DNA from: Selaginella moellendorffii
Taxonomy: Eukaryota; Plantae; Lycopodiophyta
Length of the DNA: 64,000 nt
Direction of reading: 5' to 3'
NCBI RefSeq assembly: GCF_000143415.4
Contig: NW_003314325.1
Location: forward strand, 522,567-586,566
The position numbers and the translations under genes were made by a program. A model generated the notes under the pieces. That model was given only the letters and a program-made list of their open reading frames with translations. It made no database searches and was not told the DNA's origin. Each line of letters starts with the position of its first letter. The stretch's first letter is position 1. This document shows, piece by piece, positions 25,200-35,062 of the stretch.

Positions 25200-26230
25200 A
25201 AAAGTCTCATGATCTGTGATGCAACAGACTGGAGATTTATTCGCTGGCATGCCCAAACACACCAACAGCCGTTTGTAGAGTTCTGAGATTGGGAACAGTA
25301 ATTTCAAGGAGGAAACCACAACTAGCTCAGCTTCACACATCAAACCTGTAGTTTCTCCACCTATTTGCAATTCTTGCTGGTTTTGGTGGCACTGACAGGC
25401 AAAGATTGAATGTCACTTCACTCTCCAGTAGCCTGGGCAAAATGGATGCCTCAATCAAGCAGTGGATCTGATGTATGTTGTGTTGTGGAATATGATCATC
25501 ATGGCATTTGAATTGTTTGAGCTATGGATGTGTTTGACCGCATATCTGGATGGTATTGGGTATACCATAGCTGCATATGAAGAAGATTTTTGAGACAATG
25601 CCCAAACACTATGCTTTCTTGTGGAACATGATCATTGCCAAGAATACTCAATCCAAGTAGCTTGTTAACACTACATCTGCCTTCCATGCAATGCCTGATA
25701 ATGCTTGGATGGCTACTGACAAGCTATGAATCATTTCAACTCACTCCAGCTTGAGGTAGTGATCCTAATGAGATCTTATTCTTTGTGGTTTTGATCACCT
25801 TTAGTCACATCAGTGAGTCCATGAAGCTTGGGAGAAGTTCATAGAAGATATGATTTCAAACTATGGCTTGCAACCTATGAGAGAACATGTATTGTTGACA
25901 GACTTGGGAGATCAAGATAGTTGCAGAGGAATTGATAAAGAGTATATAGCAATCTAAAATTGCCTGCTCAATGCAAAGCTATACAATGGTGGGAAGAGTG
26001 GCCATTGACAATCTTATACATATTGATCCAATAGCTTATGTTTCAAACATTGATGTCTTTATTAGACATATATAACATCCCAAACAGATCTTGTTTGGGA
26101 TCTCATTTAGACTTGTAGTATATCATGTATGTGCTAGCTAATTGATGTCACACAATAATATATTGTAGATATGAATAGCATCATAATTATGTGAGCACAT
26201 ATAATACTCAGGATAGGAGAGTACCATTGA
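25200..26230 (+). pseudogene. PPR (PLS-type) pseudogene, copy 1
   Basis: LFAGMPKH, VVLWNMII, VFDRI and IFETMPKH..LWNMII motifs with disruptions. Confidence 0.55.
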
Positions 26231-26730
26231 CACAATAACACCCCAAAAAGATTTGGAGCAGAAGATGATGTACTAAAAATTGAACTTCCAACCTTGATAA
26301 AATGTGCTATGATAGAGAAAGGGAGTGCAATGAGGATAAAAGAAGAATAGATCTGTAGATTTGTTAAAATTAAAGTCAATCTAAAGTACCAAGACAAATA
26401 ACAATAACCTATTTACCCATTTCCTCCAGTGCTATATGTGATATACAAGTATGCATGGATGAATCAGATTCAATCAGCATATGCAAGATTATCATAAATA
26501 GTCTGGATAATTAAATAAAAGCATAAGATTGAACCATAACAAATTCAAGTAAAATAATAGATGAATTATTCTTTTACTATAAAATATACTAGTATTTAGA
26601 ATATAAAATAAAATAATATATTCTTTTAGAATGTTTAGATATTTTTTATGGACAGTTTATATAAGCTATACAATATTTTGTTTTTGAGGTAGGAATTTTA
26701 TGTGAGAAATTTCTTAAAAAATCATAAACT

Positions 26731-27642
26731 ATGTACTTGCCTAGTGTACTTCAATTTTTCTTTTATTTTATTTTATTTTATGCTGATGAAATTCATTACA
26801 GAGAAAAAGATTTACTTGTTTTAAATCAAAATTTTACAGATGTTATTATATTTGCGATACTTCGTCTAATTAATCAAAATATTCCTCTTAATACTCCAAT
26901 ACCCATGGGACAAAGAATGTCTTCTAATCAAACTTATAATAATCCAAATCTGGGTTTTATAGATTTTAATGTACAAATATGGATGTTTAGTCAAGAAAGA
27001 GGGAGAAATTTTAGATGCAGACCAGATTTTGGAGACCTTAGAAACAGTGATGATATTAGGCATGATCTTGCTGAGATAATATTACAATATCGTCCTGCTT
27101 TTTTGCGTTTAGGATCTAGATTAATAGCATTAACAGTTGGAAATTATGGCATTTATTATTTTGTTAGAAATATTCCTCCTCGACAACTATTTGAAGAAGG
27201 CTCTAAAATATTTATAATACCTTTTGGCTATAATGATTGTCACATCTATCTTAATACATTAATTGGTAACACTTTATATAACAAACTATTACCTAAAACA
27301 TTTTTACAATCCTCAAATCAAAAGGCACATCTCTATTTAAATCATAAATGTGAATTAGTTTTATATGTTGGTAAGGTAAATAAATGGTCAATTCTAAGAA
27401 ATGGTAACAATTGTTATCTTGTAGTTCAACAAGATGGCAATTTAGTTTTCTATTCTGAAAATAGAATAGCTTTATGGTCACCAAATAAGTATTGTTATTT
27501 ATCTAATAATTGTATAATGAATACCTACCTTACTTTACATGATAATTGCATTCTAGCTTTTTATAAGGATATACAAGACTCATTTTCAAGGACTCCAAAA
27601 TTTGAATTACTTTGGAAAAGTGAAAATACCATATGTGAGTGA
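26731..27642 (+). CDS. Intronless AT-rich protein with an N-terminal hydrophobic signal and a C-terminal bulb-type (GNA) lectin domain
   Basis: 303-aa ORF; LVVQQDGNLVFY..ALWS matches the QxDxNxVxY mannose site; flanked by two degenerate subdomains. Confidence 0.7.
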   Translation: MYLPSVLQFFFYFILFYADEIHYREKDLLVLNQNFTDVIIFAILRLINQNIPLNTPIPMGQRMSSNQTYNNPNLGFIDFNVQIWMFSQERGRNFRCRPDFGDLRNSDDIRHDLAEIILQYRPAFLRLGSRLIALTVGNYGIYYFVRNIPPRQLFEEGSKIFIIPFGYNDCHIYLNTLIGNTLYNKLLPKTFLQSSNQKAHLYLNHKCELVLYVGKVNKWSILRNGNNCYLVVQQDGNLVFYSENRIALWSPNKYCYLSNNCIMNTYLTLHDNCILAFYKDIQDSFSRTPKFELLWKSENTICE

Positions 27643-28629
27643 CTTATATCATTATAAATATTTTTTTCCAATATTCCAAACCATATGTCTATTATTTAGG
27701 TAAATATTAAATAATCAAGTACTTAAATTGGAAAAAGTTAATCTCACTAATCAGATAAAAGAGATAATATTATTTCTTTAAAAGTTTTACTTAATATTAA
27801 TTTGTTAGATAGAATATTTATCTTTGTTGGCTATTAAAATTAAATCTGATGGATTCTATAAGGTTCACTCCAAAAAATAGTCACATTATAGCTAGCGTTA
27901 GCTATTCAGTTCAATTTAAATAAATAAATACAAATTGTTTAACTATAATAATTAATAAAATTAATGTCAAATTTTGATGTTTAAAAATGTAATCCACTGT
28001 GCACAACAATCCTCAAGAACCTCCTGGGCAGCTGGATTGTCCACCATGTGTGGAATTTGGGGCTGCTGGAGCGGCAGATCCTCATGGATAATCTCATCAG
28101 GAAGACAAACTTGAAAAAAATTATAACTTTTCATGAATGTACCACTAAAATATATGAACAAAAATACAAAATATATAATATACATACATATACAACAACG
28201 CATTTATAGTTTGGTCTCACTCTGGTCTCCTTCTTCTTCTAGCCAACATTACATTACAGGCTCTTTATAGGGCGTAATTTATCTAAGCAGGGGATGTGGT
28301 TGGGAGTTTAGGGTGCTGAAATTAAAAAAAGAAACAAATTTTATTTTTTTTTGTATTGTTTACAAAAATTACTGTCATGAGCATACACAGACAATGCAGT
28401 GTTGTAGGTAAAAAACTACCACGTCTAGTGGAAAATCACGTGGCTGTTATGGAAGTGCAAGCTCAGAGATCAGCAAGAAAATAATGGGCAAGAAAATCAT
28501 ATGTTATCTATAATAGAAACCTGATACGTTATGCAGTTTTATAATTATGCTTTAAAAGAATCACATATGGTTATGAGCTACTTAAAAACCGCAATAGAAA
28601 GTGAGACAAACTTGAAGACGAATTCTCTT

Positions 28630-28802
28630 CTCTCTGCCAAGTCCTCATTTCGCAGGGGATCTCTTGAACAGTGATAAGTATCGTGTCCCTTCGCTAGGCA
28701 GAGGTAGCATTTCAGGATAAGTAAGTTTTCTTACCCTTGCAGTGTCTTTTCCAATGACTTCTCTGCTTACATGTTCTGCATTGGTTGACGAGTAATCCCT
28801 CC
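28630..28802 (-). pseudogene. Fragment of the CCHC zinc-knuckle gene
   Basis: Matches 17930-18013 and 18095-18175 with an internal deletion. Confidence 0.7.
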
Positions 28803-29379
28803 TTAAAACGAGCGAAAAACAGTCGTAAGAGTTTGACTTACCATTGCAAGAAAGATCTCTCCCATGCGTCGAGCGTCCTCATCATCCTCGAAAAGTAAAT
28901 CACAATGTACAACATGAAAGGAAAAAAAATGGCCACCTGCGAATAATCCACCTACGGAAATTGAAACTTTCTTTTGCTGATGGACCTTCTCTTGGTGGCT
29001 CCAGAAGCAATCTGGCAACACACAAAAACACAAAAAATCTCAGTGATGCATGAACTGAGAAGCAAATCTTACGTACCATGAGCTCCCTGCAAGTTCCATG
29101 GCAATAAAAGGCAAGTTCATATACGTTTGTGCGCTGGTGACCACAACTAGCTTAACTTCACGCATCAAGCCCGTCGCTCAAATATAGAAGAATTATAATG
29201 GTGGTCCTGTTATATTTTCTATTTATCTTAAGCGGATCGAAGACACGGTTTCAGTATGCCATACCTATATACAATCCTCGTCAAGAATTCATTGCAAAGA
29301 GTCAAATTCCAGCCTAAAACCTAAAACGAAAAGGAAGCATGACGACATTGGCAGTAACGGTGTTGCTTCCAGCTCCTGG

Positions 29380-29990
29380 ATCGAGGCTCGAGCCGCCGTG
29401 CGTGATCCCTGCGAGCTCGCGCATCTAAAGCAGCTTCCGCATTGTCAAGCTTAATCTCAGCAGGCCGCCTGCGGCCAAGCTTAATAACCTGGATCCCTCC
29501 CGCGGCGATAGCGCCCTGATCGACGAGCAGTGCTGGAGCAGCCTCGAGTACCGGCGAGTGCTGACGGAGAGTGCTGCTTGGCAGATCTCTAGGAAGAGTG
29601 AGCTGGACTTGGTGGTGACAAATCCATGCGTTACTCTCGGCCCGGTGTTGCAGCCATAGCAAAACGCGAGCAGCTCTCACATCCTTCGTTTGATCAACAC
29701 GAAGTTTGAGCGATACTTGAACCGATTCCAGGCCTACGTTGCTTGGCTCATGTCGAGGCTTTCGAGCGGGAGGGAGCTCGCGGACGATACTTGCAGCGAG
29801 ATCTAGCGGCGCTGATCGATGCGCTGTGGGAGGTTGTGCCGCCAGAGGTGGCGGCGTGGTTACCGTCCAAGATGGTCACTGGCGGCGAGAGGGCGGTGAG
29901 TTTTGTCATCTCTACCGAGAAGATCCGCCAAGAGCTAGTTCCGGGCGCTCAAGGAGTGCTTGAAGACTCCGTGGAGCGTTAAAGAGAGGC
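29380..29990 (+). pseudogene. Cinnamoyl-CoA reductase/DFR-like fragment
   Basis: LDLVVTNPCVTLGPVLQP*QNASS..AHVEAFEREGARGRYL; stop and frameshifts. Confidence 0.65.
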
Positions 29991-30194
29991 TTGCTGGCGA
30001 TCTGGCGTTCCCTCAAGCATCGCCAGACTCTGGCATAAGCGAGATCAGAGCATATATCCATTATTTTTATGCTTTTTATTTCAAGTTTCAATCCCCAGAT
30101 GAAAACTGCATTGGCGCACATAAAACCAGCTCCAAAGATTTCTGTTGCAGCTATAACATCCCCTGGCTTGACTCAAGTGATATCCAACACAAGG

Positions 30195-30530
30195 ATAAGT
30201 GAGTTTTCTTAACCCCTTGTAGTGTCTTTCCCAATGACCTTATTTTCTGCATTCATCGATGAGTAACCTCTCCTTCCCACCGGGAAGTTCCTATGATCTC
30301 GTACCTGTTACAAACAAAAGCATGTAAATATCAATCTCAATCTTGCTTACCTTGCTCGCATGCGTTCGCTCTCAATTGCAAAAGTGTCCACCTCCGGCTT
30401 TTACTTTTGTGGTGTTCATTGCTGCTGCCGCCGTGAGCCTTATTGTAGTGCCCACCGCTGCTACTGCTTGTGTAAGTAGACCGGGCCTTGAGTACCAGAT
30501 CGACAATAGCAGCTTACACGAGCTTTAATC
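30195..30530 (-). pseudogene. Further fragment of the CCHC zinc-knuckle gene, introns retained
   Basis: Colinear with 18090-18360 and 18510-18565. Confidence 0.65.
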
Positions 30531-30589
30531 GTTTGCAACGCGATGTGACGGCACAAATAACTAGGTTATGAATTCAAGACTAACTGATC

Positions 30590-31530
30590 ATGACCCGGCA
30601 CAGTTCCAAGGCAACAGGAGGCTATGGACTAGAGATTCGTTTGCTGGCATGCCCAAACACACCAACAGCCGTTTGTAGAGTTCTGAAATTGGGAGCAGGA
30701 GAAAACCATGACTAGCTCAACTTCACGCATCAAGCCATTGCTCCACCTATTTGCAATTCTTGCTCGTTTTGGTGGTAGCTTTCACACTCCTCAATCAAGA
30801 AGTGTATGTTGTTTTGTGGAACATGATCATCATGGCAATTGATTGAGCAAGGATGTGTTTGATCGCATGTCTGGATGGAACTGGGTATACCACAACTCCA
30901 TATGGCCATCTTTCTTCTGCCAAGAAGATCTTTGAGACAAATACCCACACACTTGTGGAACATGATCATTGCCTAATTATTATGCTTAATTGTTAACACT
31001 AAATTTGCCTTCCATACAATGCTTGATAATGGTTGGATGGCTACTGGGAGAACGGTTGTGGGTGGACAAGCTATGGATCAGTTCAACTCACTCCAGCTTG
31101 AGATAATGATCCCAATGAGATCTCAGTTTTAATCACCTTTAGTCACATCAGTGAAGCTTGGGAGAAGTTCACAGAAGCTTATGATTTAACTATGGCTTGC
31201 AACCTATGAGAGAACATGCATTGTTGATAGCCTTGGGAGATCGAGATAGTTGCAGAGGAATTGATAAGGAATATGATGTTTTTGCCAGATATAGCAATCT
31301 AAAACTGCTTGCTCAATGCAAAGCTGTACCATGGTGGGATCTTGTTTGGGATCTTTTAGACTCCTAGTATATCTTGTATGTGCTAGCTAATTTATGTCAT
31401 ACAGTAATATATTGTGGATATAAATAACATCATAATTATGTGATCATATATAATGGCAAGACATTGAGGATAAGAGAGCACCATTGACAAATCACACCCT
31501 GCTAGGAGCTGGCCACAATCCACGTCGAGA
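30590..31530 (+). pseudogene. PPR pseudogene, copy 2
   Basis: Colinear with 25200-26230. Confidence 0.55.
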
Positions 31531-32108
31531 AGCTCTGATCTTGCATCTGGGACGATCAATTTTACAAACAAGATTGGAAGGAGCAAGAGTAACATTGCTA
31601 TGTGAAAGACAATGTACCAAAAATTGAATTTCCAACCTTGATCAAGAATAACAATGTGCTATGACAGAGAAAGAGAGTGCAATGAGGATAAAAAACGAAT
31701 AGATCTGAACATAACTATAGCCAAAAAAATAAATTTGATCTAAAGTACCGAAATAAAGAACAATAGAAATGTTTTCAACTCTTTCCTCTACTAAAATTGA
31801 GTGCTATATGTGACTAAATTATTTAAGGGTTAAACCATTACTTGTATACAAGCATGCATTGATACATCCAGTGTGCATAATAAATTAGAAGCATAAGATT
31901 GAACCCATAACCTCATGATAAATTTGAGTAGATGAATTGCCTTTTTACTATAAAATATACTCACAAAGGAATAATTAGAAAATAGAATAAAATATTATAT
32001 TCCTTTAGAATGTTTAGTTAGTTTTGATGGAGAATTTATATATGCTATAAATTTTTTGTTTTTGATGTAAGAGTTTTATGTGAGAGATTTCTTACAAAAT
32101 CATAAAAT

Positions 32109-33011
32109 ATGTATTTGTATACTGTACTTAAATTTTTATTTTATTTTAGTTTATTTTATGCTGATAAACTTCTTTACAGAGAAAAATATTTACTTGTTAT
32201 AAATCAAAATTTTACATTATATTATATTTGGGATACTTCGTCTAATTAATCAAAATATTCCTCATAATACTCCAATACCCATGGGACAAGGACTGTCTTT
32301 TAATCAAACTTACAATAATCCAAATCTTGGCTTTTTAGATTTTCATGTACAAATATGGATGTTTAGTCAAGAAAGAGGGAGACATTTTAGCTGCAGACCA
32401 GATTTTGGAGAGCTTTGAAACAGTGATGATATTAGGCATGATCTTGCTGATATAATATTACAATATTGTCCTACATTTTTTATTTTAGGATCCAGATTAA
32501 TAGCATTAACAGTTATGGCATTTATTATTTTGTTAGAAATATTCCTCCTCAGAAAATATTTGAATAAGGCTCTAAAATATTCATAAAACCTTTTGGATAT
32601 AATGATTGTCACATCTATCTTAATACATTAATTGATAACACTTTATATAACAAACTATCACCTAAAACATTTTTACAATCCTCAAATAAAAAGGCACATC
32701 TCTATTTAAATCATAAATGTGAATTAGTTTTATATGTTGGTAAGGTAAATGAATGATCAATTCTAAGAAATGGTAACAATTGTTATCTTGTAGTTCAACA
32801 AGATGGCAATTTAGTTTTCTATTATGAAAATAAAGTAGCTTTATGGTCACAAAATAAGTATTGTTATTTATCAAATAATTGTATAATGAATACCTACCTT
32901 ACTTTACAAGATAATTCCATTCTAGCTTTTTATAAGAATACACAGGACTCATTTTCAAGGACTCCAAAAGTTGAATTATTTTGGAAAAGTGAAAATACCA
33001 TGTGTGAGTGA
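32109..33011 (+). pseudogene. Pseudogene copy of the bulb-lectin gene
   Basis: Colinear with 26731-27642; TGA near 32415, deletion/frameshift near 32513, further stops. Confidence 0.85.
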
Positions 33012-33897
33012 TTTATATCATTATAATTTTTTCCAATGGTGGACATAGTGCTATACTTTTTAATCAAGGTAAATATTAAATAAATAAAAGTACTTAAATT
33101 GAAAATATTTAATCTGGTGTTACTAATCAATTACAAGAGATATTATTGTTTCTTTTAAAGTCTTACTTAACATTAATTTGGTTTGCAGATAGAATATTTA
33201 TCTTTAGATGGTTATTAAAATAAAATCTTAAGGGCCAAGATGGATTCTATAGTGTTTATAAACTGTTTTACTCTTTAAAAAAATCTCTTTACCAAAACTT
33301 TACCATTTGCATGTTTAGATACATAACCAAGCACTTTACATTTACTTGGGAAGGAAAACACAAATCATCAAATACTTTTCTTGGTGACTTCTAGAATGTA
33401 TTACATCCAGACTCTACCACAATGAACTTTTGGAAGTGATAGAATGTTAAATGAAGTAATTGTGTGTAAGATTGGAAGAGGAAGAGAGGATCGATTATAG
33501 AGAAACATTGCTCTTTATATATCATTTTTGGGCAATTGTTGCCTCATCCAATTTTATGGACCTTGAAAATGAAAATATCTGATATGATCCATCTTTAACA
33601 TGGTATGTAGTTATTGATTCTCCCTTAGCATTTACATATTTATTATTTTAATTAATTTACATTATAAAAACAAATTAACAATTTACATTATATTTAATAA
33701 TTTATATATTTAAATATTGCTATGTGAGGGCCAAGTGTACGGCTACGATGCCGTATACTAATATTAGCGTAGTGGATTTTGGTAGCCGTCGGATTGGTTT
33801 CAATCCGGACCACTCGCTCCTGTATATAAGCTAGGGTTTTTGGGTTAATTGATATGCACATTTCTGTATTCCCTTTCCATATTCCATGCACTCACAT

Positions 33898-33913
33898 TGG
33901 TGGAGGTGAGGGG
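33898..33913 (+). promoter_or_regulatory. PBS of B, tRNA-Ala-like
   Basis: TGGTGGAGGTGAGGGG is complementary to ..CCUCCACCA-3'. Confidence 0.7.
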
Positions 33914-34129
33914 CACCTTTGATTGTCCCTGGGGAGTGCTTGGATTTGGGATTTCGGTTTAGATCTAGCTTTTGCATTGTCTAGATCTAGCTTTTTCCAT
34001 TTCCTTTCTTTTGTTCTTTCCTTTCAGGATTTTGGTTTAGATCTAGCTTTTTGCATTGTCTAGATCTACCATTTCTTTCTAGCTTTTTGTCATTTCTCTT
34101 CTTTTGCTCTTTCTTTCTCATTCATTTTC

Positions 34130-35062
34130 ATGGCCGATCCGCAATCTCCTCCTTTGACTCTAGAGCAGCAGTTGGTTCAATTGCTTGATGCTATGCGCCT
34201 GCAATTGAACAACCAAACTCAGTTGATGGCGGCGTTCACGGCACATGGTACAACTCCTCTTGCTTTTGGTGCCAATCCTCGCGTTCGGCCGGAGTTCTTT
34301 CGTGGGAATCCTGGGGATGATGTGTACCATTGGTTCGATCACTTCACGGTGATTGCCACATATCATTCTTGGGATGATGCTCGGTGTTTGCGTGAGTTCC
34401 CCACATGTCTTCAAGGGACGACATTGCAGTGGTACAATGGATTGAGCGCAGCTACTCGTGGCGATTGGAGTGTTCTTCCGGACGTCTTCAAACGCGCCTT
34501 CGGACACGCCGACGATTGTGATGATGCCTTCCAACAATTGCATCGTCTTCGCCAAGGGCCATCTGAGTCGGTGATGCAATTTGGCGTTCGTTTCCGAAGT
34601 CTTTTGCTTCGTGCGGAGCCAAATATGTCGGAGCGGATCAAGCTAGGAATGCTATGGCCAGCACTTCATCAAGATCTTGTCGGACTTGTGCATGCACTTG
34701 CTCCTGCCACTCTTGACGATGCTCTTCGCTTAGCACAACGTTATGAGACGTCGCCTCTTCCACTTCTTGCTACACGTCCTTCAGCTCCACTTCCTATGAG
34801 TGATGGTCCTGTTCCCATGGAGGTTGATGCTGCTGCTACTCGAGTCCAAGGACAAGGGCGAGGACGTGGTCGTGGCCGTGACATTCGTTGCTGGGCGTGT
34901 GATGAAGTTGGTCATACTTATCGGCGTTGTCGGCGCTTTCCGGATTGGCGACCTCCATTTCCTAGGTGGAGACCTTGGCGTCAGCAACGTCCCGTTGGTG
35001 CTGCTGCGGTGGAAGGTTTGGATACCGAGGTGCATTCGGGAAACGAGGAGTCGCGCGAGTAA
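34130..35062 (+). CDS. gag: Gag of element B
   Basis: 310 aa; LRQGPSESVMQF, PMEVD, CWACDEVGHTYRRC knuckle. Confidence 0.9.
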   Translation: MADPQSPPLTLEQQLVQLLDAMRLQLNNQTQLMAAFTAHGTTPLAFGANPRVRPEFFRGNPGDDVYHWFDHFTVIATYHSWDDARCLREFPTCLQGTTLQWYNGLSAATRGDWSVLPDVFKRAFGHADDCDDAFQQLHRLRQGPSESVMQFGVRFRSLLLRAEPNMSERIKLGMLWPALHQDLVGLVHALAPATLDDALRLAQRYETSPLPLLATRPSAPLPMSDGPVPMEVDAAATRVQGQGRGRGRGRDIRCWACDEVGHTYRRCRRFPDWRPPFPRWRPWRQQRPVGAAAVEGLDTEVHSGNEESRE

